Source of the DNA: Candidatus Omnitrophota bacterium
GTDB taxonomy: Bacteria; Omnitrophota; Gorgyraeia; Zapsychrales; JAKLDJ01
DNA length: 64,000 nucleotides
Direction of reading: 5' to 3'
Assembly: GCA_022703585.1 (NCBI GenBank)
Contig: JAKLDJ010000003.1
Span: forward strand, 206,250-270,249
Shown: in pieces, positions 9,866-18,829 of the stretch
How the letters are laid out: each line of letters begins with the position of its first letter
Position numbering within the stretch: the stretch's first letter is position 1
Notes under the pieces: model-generated
Told to the model about the DNA's origin: nothing
The model's input: only the letters and a program-made list of their open reading frames with translations
The model's database searches: none
Made by a program: the position numbers and the translations under genes

Positions 9866-10437
9866 GGCGTATCGGGATATTGGGTGGTACTTTTAATCCG
9901 ATTCATATCGGCCATCTGGCTATCGCACAGACGGCACGCGAGACGATGCGTCTGGAAAAGGTTATCTTTGTTCCTTCGAATTGGCCGCCGCACAAAAACG
10001 CCAAAGGTATCGCACCGGCCCGGGATCGTTTTAATATGGTCCGTTTGGCGGTTAAAGAAAATCCGCATTTCGAGGTATCTGATTTCGAGATCAAAAAAGA
10101 AGGCCGGTCTTATACCATTGATACGATGTGGTATTTTAAGCGCAGCTTCTCCAAGGATACACAGCTATTTTTTATTATCGGCGGGGATATGCTGCCGCAG
10201 CTTAAGAAATGGAAATATATCGACGATATATTAAAGATCGGAACGTTTATCGTTGTTAACCGTCCCGGTCAATTCAAAAAAAGTTCGGGAATAAAATATT
10301 TCTCTGTCTCGATGCCGGGGATTGACATTTCTTCGTCTTATGTGAGGCAATGCCTCGCCCAGGGAAAAACAACAAAATATTTTGTGCCGGAGAGCGTTTT
10401 GGATTATATTAAGAAGCACGGCTTATATAAAAATTAA
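9862..10437 (+). CDS. nadD: nicotinate-nucleotide adenylyltransferase
   Basis: GILGGTFNPIHIGH (the HxGH nucleotidyltransferase motif). 191 aa. 4-nt overlap with proA. Confidence 0.9.
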   Translation: MRRIGILGGTFNPIHIGHLAIAQTARETMRLEKVIFVPSNWPPHKNAKGIAPARDRFNMVRLAVKENPHFEVSDFEIKKEGRSYTIDTMWYFKRSFSKDTQLFFIIGGDMLPQLKKWKYIDDILKIGTFIVVNRPGQFKKSSGIKYFSVSMPGIDISSSYVRQCLAQGKTTKYFVPESVLDYIKKHGLYKN

Positions 10438-10471
10438 ACACCCTGTGTTTGACATTCTCTAAGGAGGAATT

Positions 10472-11971
10472 ATGAAGCGCAAAAGAATTATCAAAAAAAG
10501 CAAGAAGAGCAGCAAGAAGATCCTGAAATTACAAAAAACTGATGATGCCCAGAAAAGCGAAATAAAATTCGGGACCGACGGCTGGAGGGCGGTTATTTCG
10601 GACACGTTTACGTTTAAAAACGTTTCGATCGTTGCCCAGGCAGTCAGCGAATGGGTCAATCGCGATCTTAGGAAGAAAGCGGGTGCGCCCAAGAAAGTTG
10701 CGGTTGGTTACGATACCCGGTTTTTGTCGGCTAACTATGCCCAAATTGTGAGCCGGGTTTTGGCAGCCAATGGTATTGAAGTCTGCCTTTCCGATTCGGC
10801 TGTTCCGACGCCTACGCTTAGCTTTGCCGTTATCCGTAACGAGGCAGTTGCCGGCATTATGATTACGGCCAGCCATAATCCGGGCAAGTTCAACGGTATC
10901 AAGATAAAAAATGCTACCGGAGGCGCGGCCTCAAGCGATGTCACCGGCACGGTGGAGAATTATTTATATAAAACAGAAGTCAAGATTGGGGATCTTGAAG
11001 CATTAAAACTGGAAAAGAAGATTATTGTTAAAGATTTCCGGGAAGAATATATTAATTTTATCCGGGGGTACGTTGATCTTAAAGCAATCAAGAATTCCCG
11101 TCTAAAAGTTTTGACCGATGTCATGCATGGTAGCGGTGACGGGATTTCGCTGCAGGTTTTAAAGGGGACTAAGGTCAGGATGTCATTGATGCGGGATGAT
11201 GTCAATCCGACTTTCGACGGCGGTAAGCCGGAGCCGGTCAGGGAATATTTAGATGTGCTCTGTCATCGGGTCAAGAAGGAAAAATTTGATCTTGGGCTGG
11301 TTTTAGACGGCGACGCCGATAGGATTGCGGCAGTTTCTTCTGACGGTGAATTTATCAGCCCTCAAAAAATTCTGGGGCTTTTGGCGCTTCATCTAGTCTG
11401 TGACCGCGGGCGCAAGGGAGGCTTAGTTAAAACGATTTGCGGGACGACGATGCTGGACCATATTGCCAAAAAAATCGGCATGAAGCTTTACGAAACGCCG
11501 GTTGGTTTTAAATATATTTCGGAATTGATGATCTCGGAAAATGTGGTGATCGGCGGGGAGGAGGCGGGAGGAATCGGTTTTCAGGATTATATCCCCGAAC
11601 GGGACGGTACCCTGGCGGGCATTCTTTTGCTGGAAATGATGGTTTACCGCAAAAAGGGCATCAAAAAGCTCATCAAGGAAATGGAAGATGAATTTGGCCG
11701 GTACTATTACGAGCGGTCCGATCTAAAACTTAAGGGGAGTGCAGATTCTTTTGATTTGGATAAAGTAAAAGCTCTTAAGCGGATTTTGGGAAAACGCGTG
11801 GTTGAGGTTAAGGATTTTGACGGTGTTAAGTTGATCTGCGAGGACGAGAGCTGGCTGATGTTTCGGCCGTCCGGTACTGAGCCTTTGGTTAGGGTTTATG
11901 CCGAAGCCAAATCTTTAAGCAAGGCCAAGAAACTGATTAAATTCGGCGAATCACTGCTCAAGAAGCGGTAA
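10472..11971 (+). CDS. phosphoglucomutase/phosphomannomutase family (alpha-D-phosphohexomutase)
   Basis: Catalytic loop TASHNPGKFNGIK, metal-binding DGDADR. Has an unusual 30-aa Lys-rich N-terminal extension. Confidence 0.85.
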   Translation: MKRKRIIKKSKKSSKKILKLQKTDDAQKSEIKFGTDGWRAVISDTFTFKNVSIVAQAVSEWVNRDLRKKAGAPKKVAVGYDTRFLSANYAQIVSRVLAANGIEVCLSDSAVPTPTLSFAVIRNEAVAGIMITASHNPGKFNGIKIKNATGGAASSDVTGTVENYLYKTEVKIGDLEALKLEKKIIVKDFREEYINFIRGYVDLKAIKNSRLKVLTDVMHGSGDGISLQVLKGTKVRMSLMRDDVNPTFDGGKPEPVREYLDVLCHRVKKEKFDLGLVLDGDADRIAAVSSDGEFISPQKILGLLALHLVCDRGRKGGLVKTICGTTMLDHIAKKIGMKLYETPVGFKYISELMISENVVIGGEEAGGIGFQDYIPERDGTLAGILLLEMMVYRKKGIKKLIKEMEDEFGRYYYERSDLKLKGSADSFDLDKVKALKRILGKRVVEVKDFDGVKLICEDESWLMFRPSGTEPLVRVYAEAKSLSKAKKLIKFGESLLKKR

Positions 11972-11984
11972 AAAGAGCGTTTCT

Positions 11985-12575
11985 ATGTTCTACTGGATGG
12001 CGCACGGCCTCTTTGTTGTCTTAAGCAAGCTGGTTTTCCCGATTCATGTCCACGGATTAGAGAATATCCCGCCCAAGAAAGGTTTTATTCTTGCCAGCAA
12101 TCATTTAAGCAATATGGATCCTATGATTTTGGGAATGGCCACGGGCCATCGGCTTAATTACATGGCCAAACATTCCCTGTTTAAAGGGAAAGTGTTTAGC
12201 TGGGTCCTTAATCAAGTCGGTGCTTTCCCGGTTAAGCGGGATTCGCCGGATATCGGGGCGGTCAAAGAAGCGTTAAAACGACTTAAGGGGGATTGTGGCC
12301 GCGGTCTTGTTGTCTTTCCCGAAGGAACACGAAAAGCTAAAGCGCTTGAACAAAAAGCCGAACCCGGAGTCGGTCTCTTGTCTGTTAAAAGTGGTGTTCC
12401 TGTCATTCCGGCATTTATTCAAGGTTCTGATAAAGTCTTGGCTCCAGGTTCAAAGGCCTTGAAGCGAGGGCGGGTAACAGTGACTTTTGGCAGAGCTGTC
12501 CCCTATAATAAGGAAGACTCCTACCAGGAAATTGCCAATCAGATTATGGCTCACGTTAACTCTCTTTGCGCCTAA
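11985..12575 (+). CDS. plsC: 1-acyl-sn-glycerol-3-phosphate acyltransferase
   Basis: HX4D motif (NHLSNMD) and FPEGTR motif. Confidence 0.85.
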   Translation: MFYWMAHGLFVVLSKLVFPIHVHGLENIPPKKGFILASNHLSNMDPMILGMATGHRLNYMAKHSLFKGKVFSWVLNQVGAFPVKRDSPDIGAVKEALKRLKGDCGRGLVVFPEGTRKAKALEQKAEPGVGLLSVKSGVPVIPAFIQGSDKVLAPGSKALKRGRVTVTFGRAVPYNKEDSYQEIANQIMAHVNSLCA

Positions 12576-12621
12576 TCCAAAAATCCCAATATTTTTATTT
12601 TAACCTGTCTAAAAATTTTGG

Positions 12622-12650
12622 TTGACAAATAATGGTTTCTTGCGCATAAT
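12622..12650 (+). promoter_or_regulatory. sigma70-type promoter upstream of rpsA (TTGACA-17nt-CATAAT)
   Basis: TTGACA at 12622-12627, then a 17-nt spacer, then CATAAT at 12645-12650. Confidence 0.6.
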
Positions 12651-12719
12651 TGAGTACTTTAGATTTTGGGAATTTTCCAACAATCTGAAGAATCCCAAAG
12701 AAAGAGATGGTATTACGTA

Positions 12720-14276
12720 ATGAACGAAAGTAAAAATGCGCTGTTGATGGAGATGTACAACAAGACCCTTAAAGAAATTCGCGAAGGGGAGGTTGTCAAG
12801 GGAGTCATTGTCGGCATTAATGAAAAAGAAGTTGTTGTTGATGTCGGCTTCAAGTCGGAAGGTTTTGTTCCGGTTGACGAATTTATCGACAAAAGCAAGC
12901 TTGTTTTAAATCAGGAAATTGACGTTCTGGTTGAGTCGATTGAAGATGATAACGGCTATATTGTCCTGTCTCATGCCAAGGCCGAGCGCATGAAGGGCTG
13001 GCAGAAAATCGTTAACGATGTCAACGAAGGCGATCTTGTCGAAGGAAGGGTGGTTAAACAGGTCAAGGGCGGTTATATCGTCGATGTTTCCGGTGTGGAA
13101 GCCTTTTTACCGTTATCGCTTTCGGCATTTAAAGGATTATCTACGAATGAAATAATGTCCAATAAGTACAGATTCCAAGTGGCCAAAATGAATAAGCTAC
13201 GCCGTAGCCTTATTCTTTCCCGCAGAGACGTGGTCCAGAAGGAAAGGGAAACAGCCAAGGCCAAGCTCTGGGAGCAGCTCGAGAAAGGCACTCGGCGCAT
13301 GGGCACGGTAAAAGGCATCACTGATTTTGGCGCCTTTATCGATTTGGGGGGTATTGACGGACTTTTGCATATTACGGATATGAGCTGGTCGAGAATCAGC
13401 CATCCGTCTGAGGTAGTAGCGATCGGCGATAAACTCGAAGTTTTGATCCTGGATTTTGATAAAGAAAATTCAAAAGTATCATTAGGTTTAAAACAAATTA
13501 TTGCCAATCCTTGGGATGGGGTAGAGGCGAAATATCCGGTTGGGTCAAAGATCAAGGGTAAGATCGTTAATATTATGCCATATGGTGTTTTTATCGAAAT
13601 CGAAAAAGGCATTGAAGGTTTACTGCATTCTTCCGAGATTTCCTGGCAGAAGAAAATGGTCAACCCTCAGGAAATGTTTGCCATCGGCGATATTATCGAA
13701 GTACAGATTATCTCAATTGATAAAGATGCCAAGAGAATTTCTTTAAGCCTTAAGCAGCTTGAGGCGAATCCTTGGCTCGAGGCCGAGGGGAAATTTCCCG
13801 TCGGTACAAAAACCGAAGGTAAGGTCAGGGGTTTTACTGATTACGGTGCCTTTATCGAATTGGGATCTAATTTAGAAGGGATGATTCACGTTTCCGACAT
13901 GTCCTGGACCCGAAGGGTCAATCACCCGCAGGAAATTCTAAAAAAAGGCCAAAGTGTGGAAGTTGTGGTTTTAGCCGTCGATGGTGATAACCGCAAAATC
14001 ACATTGGGATTAAAGCAATTAACGCCTAATCCCTGGGCCGATATTGCCCAGAAGTACCCTGTGGGCTTGGAGATGGAGTCGGAGGTTCTGATGAATTCTA
14101 ATTTCGGCGTCTTTGTTAAGATCGAAGATGACCTAGAAGCTCTAATTTATTCTTCTGAGATCGATAAGCCAATCGCAGCCGCGCTTAAACCCGGCGATAA
14201 AATAAAGGTACGCATCATCAAAGTTGATGTTGAGCAGATGAAAATCGGGGTCAGCGCGCGCCTTAATCAGTTGTAA
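12720..14276 (+). CDS. rpsA: 30S ribosomal protein S1 (six S1 domains)
   Basis: Repeated S1 domains (GxV.G.V..I..fGaFV.L). The ORF track starts at 12666; the ATG at 12720 (MNESKN) is the more likely start. Confidence 0.95.
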   Translation: MNESKNALLMEMYNKTLKEIREGEVVKGVIVGINEKEVVVDVGFKSEGFVPVDEFIDKSKLVLNQEIDVLVESIEDDNGYIVLSHAKAERMKGWQKIVNDVNEGDLVEGRVVKQVKGGYIVDVSGVEAFLPLSLSAFKGLSTNEIMSNKYRFQVAKMNKLRRSLILSRRDVVQKERETAKAKLWEQLEKGTRRMGTVKGITDFGAFIDLGGIDGLLHITDMSWSRISHPSEVVAIGDKLEVLILDFDKENSKVSLGLKQIIANPWDGVEAKYPVGSKIKGKIVNIMPYGVFIEIEKGIEGLLHSSEISWQKKMVNPQEMFAIGDIIEVQIISIDKDAKRISLSLKQLEANPWLEAEGKFPVGTKTEGKVRGFTDYGAFIELGSNLEGMIHVSDMSWTRRVNHPQEILKKGQSVEVVVLAVDGDNRKITLGLKQLTPNPWADIAQKYPVGLEMESEVLMNSNFGVFVKIEDDLEALIYSSEIDKPIAAALKPGDKIKVRIIKVDVEQMKIGVSARLNQL

Positions 14277-14294
14277 TTCCTATTCCCAACGCTT

Positions 14295-15470
14295 ATGCAG
14301 GTTGACGATATTATTAAAAAGATTACTCGGGGAACTACCGAGATTATCAGCGTCGAAAACCTCGCGAAGAAGCTGGAAAAAAGCCGCAAAACGGGAAAAC
14401 CCCTGTGTATTAAAGCAGGGTTTGACCCGACCGCTCCGGATATCCATCTCGGCCACTGCGTTTTATTAAAGAAACTCAGGCAGTTTCAGGATTTAGGGCA
14501 CACGGTCTTTTTTCTAATCGGAGATTTTACGGCGCAAATAGGTGACCCGACCGGTCGCGATCAAACGCGCCCTAAAATGGACCGCCGCCAAATCGTCGCT
14601 AATGCCAAAACCTACCAGACTCAAGTCTTTAAAATCCTCGACGGCAAGAAAACAAAAGTCGTATTTAATAGTTCCTGGCTGTCCAAGCTAAATGCCCAGG
14701 ATATTTTATCGCTGTCAGCTCGCTGTTCAGTGGCGCAGATGTTGGCGCGGGCAGATTTTAAAAAACGTTTCGAGCAGCAAAAAGAAATCAGCCTGCTGGA
14801 ATTCATTTATCCGCTTTTACAAGGTTATGATTCGGTTCATCTTAAGGCGGATGTCGAGCTCGGGGGATCGGACCAAAAATTTAATCTTTTGATGGGCAGG
14901 CAATTGCAGGAGACCTTTGGTCAGGAGCCGCAGGTGGTTATGATGACGCCGCTTTTGGAAGGCACGGACGGCGTTAATAAGATGAGTAAATCTTTAGGAA
15001 ATTATATCGGCATCCAAGAAGATCCCAAGGAGATATTCGGCAAGGTGATGTCCATTAGCGATGCACTGATGTACCGCTATTACGAATTGCTGACCAATCT
15101 TGATTTGGAGGAGATTAAGAAGTTGCATCCTAAAGAAGCAAAACTTAGGCTTGCCGAGGAGATTGTCGGCCAATTTTATAAAAAACCGGAAGCTAAAGCC
15201 GCGCGTGAGCATTTTGAACGCACCTTCAGTCAGCGGCAGATTCCCGAGGAGGATATTGTTACTCACCGTTTTGACCCGAAACGTGGTGAACAGCTGCCGG
15301 ATATATTAGTGGCGGCTCGGATTGCCAGCTCAAAAAACGAGGCGAGACGCCTTATTAATCAAGGTGCGGTAACTTGCGGCACTCTTAAAATCGACGAGCA
15401 CTGGGTACTTCAGGAGGGTACCTTAAAGATCGGAAAGAGGCGTTTTTTAAAACTAATTTCTGCATCCTAG
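14295..15470 (+). CDS. tyrS: tyrosine--tRNA ligase
   Basis: HIGH motif (PDIHLGH), KMSKS motif, and a C-terminal S4-like domain. Confidence 0.9.
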   Translation: MQVDDIIKKITRGTTEIISVENLAKKLEKSRKTGKPLCIKAGFDPTAPDIHLGHCVLLKKLRQFQDLGHTVFFLIGDFTAQIGDPTGRDQTRPKMDRRQIVANAKTYQTQVFKILDGKKTKVVFNSSWLSKLNAQDILSLSARCSVAQMLARADFKKRFEQQKEISLLEFIYPLLQGYDSVHLKADVELGGSDQKFNLLMGRQLQETFGQEPQVVMMTPLLEGTDGVNKMSKSLGNYIGIQEDPKEIFGKVMSISDALMYRYYELLTNLDLEEIKKLHPKEAKLRLAEEIVGQFYKKPEAKAAREHFERTFSQRQIPEEDIVTHRFDPKRGEQLPDILVAARIASSKNEARRLINQGAVTCGTLKIDEHWVLQEGTLKIGKRRFLKLISAS

Positions 15471-15530
15471 TTTGTTCCCTAACCTTCGGTATCTGAATAA
15501 ATTATAATCCTGCGAAATAAATAAAAAATC

Positions 15531-15559
15531 TTGACAAAAAATTAGTTGGCGGGTATACT
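15531..15559 (+). promoter_or_regulatory. sigma70-type promoter (TTGACA-17nt-TATACT) driving tRNA-Thr/rpmG/tRNA-Trp/secE-nusG
   Basis: Near-consensus -35 and -10 hexamers, 18 nt upstream of the tRNA-Thr 5' end. Confidence 0.65.
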
Positions 15560-15577
15560 TAACCATTTCCGTTGCCC

Positions 15578-15650
<73 letters not shown>

Positions 15651-15708
15651 CTGAAGAGGATAACGATAAACCTAGAATATATTATTAACAATATATCGTT
15701 GAAATTAT

Positions 15709-15864
15709 ATGGTACGCGAACATACACGATTTGAATGTGCCGAATGCCGTCGGATAAACTACGACGGCACCAAGGATTGGAAGAAGCATCCGGAGCGCTT
15801 GGAGTTAAAGAAATACTGCGCTTTTTGTCAGAAGCACACGGTCCACAAGGAGCAAAAGAAATAA
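15709..15864 (+). CDS. rpmG: 50S ribosomal protein L33
   Basis: 51-aa ORF MVREHTRFECAECRRINYDGTKDWKKHPERLELKKYCAFCQKHTVHKEQKK (CxxC...CxxC zinc ribbon, PERLELKKYC is the L33 signature). Too short for the ORF track. Confidence 0.9.
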   Translation: MVREHTRFECAECRRINYDGTKDWKKHPERLELKKYCAFCQKHTVHKEQKK

Positions 15865-15875
15865 ACAAGGTCCTT

Positions 15876-15949
15876 AGGCCTGTAGCTCTAATTGGTAGAG
15901 CGACGGTCTCCAAAACCGTGCGTTGCAGGTTCGAGTCCTGCCAGGCCTG
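15876..15949 (+). tRNA. tRNA-Trp (anticodon CCA)
   Basis: Acceptor AGGCCTG/CAGGCCT, anticodon loop CTCCAAA, T-arm GCAGG-TTCGAGT-CCTGC. Confidence 0.9.
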
Positions 15950-15974
15950 TAACGATAAAAAATAGAGACGTGCC

Positions 15975-16160
15975 GTGATAGCTAAAGTAAGAAAATTTAT
16001 TTTTGAGGTTGTCGGCGAACTAAAGAAAGTATCATGGTCCACCAAACAAGAGCTTTTCGAAGCGACATGGATTGTTATTTTAAGTTCGATTATCCTGGGA
16101 ACATTCATCGGGGTTTTCGATTTTGCTCTTTCAAAAGCATTAGGGTTATTACTACGGTAA
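15975..16160 (+). CDS. secE: preprotein translocase subunit SecE
   Basis: 61 aa, single TM. Conserved position before nusG. Confidence 0.9.
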   Translation: MIAKVRKFIFEVVGELKKVSWSTKQELFEATWIVILSSIILGTFIGVFDFALSKALGLLLR

Positions 16161-16164
16161 AAAT

Positions 16165-16689
16165 ATGAAGTGGTACGTTGTCCATACCCAAACTGGTTCT
16201 GAAGAAAAGGCGAAAGCTGGCCTGGAGCGCCGTATGGCGACGACTGCTTTGAAAAATTATGTCGGCGAAATCGTTGTCCCTACCGAACAGGTCGCTGAAA
16301 TCAGAGGCGGCAAGAAACGTATTTCCTCACGAAAGTTCTTTCCGGGATATATACTCCTAAAAATGGAAATGAGCAAAGAAAGCTGGTACCTGGTTAAATC
16401 CACGCCAGGAATCACCGGCTTTATCGGTGCAGGCAAAAACCCTTCACCGCTTTCGGATGATGAAGTTACCAATATTTTAAAACGTACCCAGGACACGGAA
16501 TCCAAGCCGAGCCCTAAGGTTGTTTTTGAGATGAATGAACCGATCAGGATTGCCCAGGGGCCGTTTGCGAATTTTAACGGCTCGGTTGTTGAGGTTTATC
16601 CCGATCGAGGAAAATTGAAGGTCAGTGTTTCTATTTTTGGCCGCTCCACGCTGGTGGAGCTGGAATATTGGCAAGTGGAAAAGGTATAA
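16165..16689 (+). CDS. nusG: transcription termination/antitermination factor NusG
   Basis: NGN domain ([15 protein letters not shown]) plus a C-terminal KOW. Confidence 0.95.
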   Translation: MKWYVVHTQTGSEEKAKAGLERRMATTALKNYVGEIVVPTEQVAEIRGGKKRISSRKFFPGYILLKMEMSKESWYLVKSTPGITGFIGAGKNPSPLSDDEVTNILKRTQDTESKPSPKVVFEMNEPIRIAQGPFANFNGSVVEVYPDRGKLKVSVSIFGRSTLVELEYWQVEKV

Positions 16690-16691
16690 CA

Positions 16692-17117
16692 ATGGCTAAA
16701 GAAGTCGTCGCACAAATAAAGCTGTATCTTCCTGCGGGTCAGGCAAATCCTGCACCGCCTGTTGGCCCGGCCTTAGGTCAGCATGGCGTTAACATTATGA
16801 TGTTTTGTAAGCAGTTCAACGAAAAGACCAAGGGTCGAGAAGGTTTAATCCTCCCGGCTGTTATCGCGGTTTACAAAGACAAATCATTCGATTTTATTAT
16901 CAAAACGCCGCCGAGTTCGGTATTGATCAAAAAAGCTGCGAATTTAGCCAAGGCCTCGGGCCAGGCGGGAAAAGAAAAAATCGGCACCATTACCCGCAAG
17001 CAGGTCGAGGAAATCGCCAAGCAGAAAATGGAAGATTTAAACACCGCCGATATGCAGCAGGCGGTCAGCACGATTAAAGGGACCGCCCGCAGCATGGGCA
17101 TTGAAGTCGTAGAATAA
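16692..17117 (+). CDS. rplK: 50S ribosomal protein L11
   Basis: [22 protein letters not shown]. Start chosen at MAKEV (the ORF track starts 24 nt earlier). Confidence 0.95.
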   Translation: MAKEVVAQIKLYLPAGQANPAPPVGPALGQHGVNIMMFCKQFNEKTKGREGLILPAVIAVYKDKSFDFIIKTPPSSVLIKKAANLAKASGQAGKEKIGTITRKQVEEIAKQKMEDLNTADMQQAVSTIKGTARSMGIEVVE

Positions 17118-17140
17118 AATTTCTTTAGGAGAGTTTTGCG

Positions 17141-17821
17141 ATGGTAAAAATCTGCAAACGCATGAAGGAAGCCGACAAGCTCGTCGATAAAGAAAAGGCG
17201 TATCCCCTGCGCGAAGCTATCACGAATGTCTCAAAATTTCCGAAAACAAAATTCGACGAAACGGTTGAATTGCATTTTCATCTGAATATCGATATCAAAA
17301 ATTCCGACCAATCGGTGCGCGGAACGGTTATCCTGCCCAGCGGTACAGGTAAAAAGGTGCGTATTGCGGTTTTCTGTAAAGGGCCCCAGGCTGATAAGGC
17401 GAGAGATTTAGGGGCTGATTTTGTCGGTGCCGAAGATTTAATAGAAAAAGTTGAAAAAGGTTTTCTTGATTTTGATTGCGCCATAGCGACCCCGGATATG
17501 ATGCGGGACTTAAGCAAGCTGGGAAAGGTTTTGGGGCCTCGCGGGCTCATGCCCAGCCCCAAGGCCGGCACGGTTTCGATGGATGTCGAGCGCGCGATTA
17601 AAGAAGTCAAGGCGGGAAAAATTGAATTTAAATCCGATAAACAGGCCGGTATCCATGTCGGTATCGGCAAACGTTCTTTCTCCGAAGACCAGCTGTTCGA
17701 AAATGCCACGCATGTTATTGAGGCGATCAATCATGCCAAACCGGCATCGGTGAAAGGGAACCTCCTGAAGAGCATTTCCTTGTCGACAACTATGGGTCCG
17801 GGGATGAGGTTGGCCTTATGA
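17141..17821 (+). CDS. rplA: 50S ribosomal protein L1
   Basis: Full-length L1 homology, 226 aa. Confidence 0.95.
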   Translation: MVKICKRMKEADKLVDKEKAYPLREAITNVSKFPKTKFDETVELHFHLNIDIKNSDQSVRGTVILPSGTGKKVRIAVFCKGPQADKARDLGADFVGAEDLIEKVEKGFLDFDCAIATPDMMRDLSKLGKVLGPRGLMPSPKAGTVSMDVERAIKEVKAGKIEFKSDKQAGIHVGIGKRSFSEDQLFENATHVIEAINHAKPASVKGNLLKSISLSTTMGPGMRLAL

Positions 17822-18348
17822 AAACCATCGGAAAAGTTTTAAGAGAAAATATGGTCAACCGCATTAAAAGCGGTATTGACAAAGACGGCAGTATCTTTCT
17901 GATTAGCTATTCCAAGATATCCAGCGGCAAGATGAATGATTTGCGTAAAGCCCTAAAGAAGGCCGGCGCGAAGATGTATGTCTCAAAGAATACGATTGCC
18001 GCCAAGGCCCTTAAGGACCTCAAGCAGGATGTGCTTGCGGACAGGGTACACGGCCAAACCGCATTTGTTTTTTGTACCGGGGATTCCGTTGAAGTTTCTA
18101 AGGCCCTCACTAATTTTGCTAAAACCTGTGAGGGCCTTCTTTTTGAGGGCGGTTTATTAAGCGGAAAGGTCTTAGAAAAAGCCGATATTAAGCGTCTGGC
18201 TGATTTGCCCTCGAGAGAAGCATTGCTGGCTATGCTGTTAGGCACTATTCAAGCACCCCTAACGCGCTTTGCCGGCGCGCTGACGGGTAAAATGCAGGAT
18301 CTGTTATCCATACTGAAACAGTTAAGCGAACAAAAGGGAGGTAAGTAA
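17818..18348 (+). CDS. rplJ: 50S ribosomal protein L10
   Basis: L10 homology and position between rplA and rplL. Confidence 0.9.
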   Translation: MKTIGKVLRENMVNRIKSGIDKDGSIFLISYSKISSGKMNDLRKALKKAGAKMYVSKNTIAAKALKDLKQDVLADRVHGQTAFVFCTGDSVEVSKALTNFAKTCEGLLFEGGLLSGKVLEKADIKRLADLPSREALLAMLLGTIQAPLTRFAGALTGKMQDLLSILKQLSEQKGGK

Positions 18349-18349
18349 A

Positions 18350-18769
18350 ATGTCCGAGAACGCTGTAACAGAAAAAAGCACATCGCCGAAAATCGAAGAA
18401 GTCATTAAGACCATTGGCGGATTGACAGTTCTTGAACTGTCCGATCTGGTCAAGAGCCTCGAAGACAAATTCGGTATTAAGGCAGCGGCCCCGATGATGG
18501 GGATGCCGATGATGGGTGGCGCACCGGCTGGTGGCGCTGCGGCGGCAGCTGAAGAAAAGACGACCTTTGATGTTGTCTTAAAAGCGGCTGGCGCTAACAA
18601 GATCAATGTTATTAAGGAAGTAAGAGCGGCGACAAACTTAGGGCTCAAGGAAGCCAAGGATTTGGTTGAGGCGGCACCTAAGACTGTTAAAGAAGCCCTT
18701 CCTAAAGAAGAAGCGGAAGAGCTCAAGAAGAAACTTGTGGCTGCTGGCGCTACCGTAGAGTTGAAGTAA
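18350..18769 (+). CDS. rplL: 50S ribosomal protein L7/L12
   Basis: Ala/Gly-rich hinge ([20 protein letters not shown]) and C-terminal domain ...[15 protein letters not shown]. Confidence 0.95.
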   Translation: MSENAVTEKSTSPKIEEVIKTIGGLTVLELSDLVKSLEDKFGIKAAAPMMGMPMMGGAPAGGAAAAAEEKTTFDVVLKAAGANKINVIKEVRAATNLGLKEAKDLVEAAPKTVKEALPKEEAEELKKKLVAAGATVELK

Positions 18770-18829
18770 AGCGATTCGCAGAATTAATTTTTGCGATTAA
18801 TCAATTTACCGTAAGAACTCTGGATAAAA

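Noticed and set aside
9884-10234. 116-aa alternate-frame ORF inside nadD
   Set aside because: Same-strand overlapping frame with an Arg-rich translation. nadD motifs are in the other frame.
13073-13663. 196-aa minus-strand ORF inside rpsA
   Set aside because: Antisense shadow of the S1 repeats.
15735-15965. 76-aa ORF (MCRMPSDK...) in the ORF track
   Set aside because: It runs across the tRNA-Trp gene and is out of frame with the genuine 51-aa L33 gene. It has no family resemblance.
18322-18726. 134-aa minus-strand ORF antisense to rplL
   Set aside because: It is an Ala/Ser-rich mirror translation of the L7/L12 Ala/Gly codons. Every bona fide gene in the window is on the + strand.
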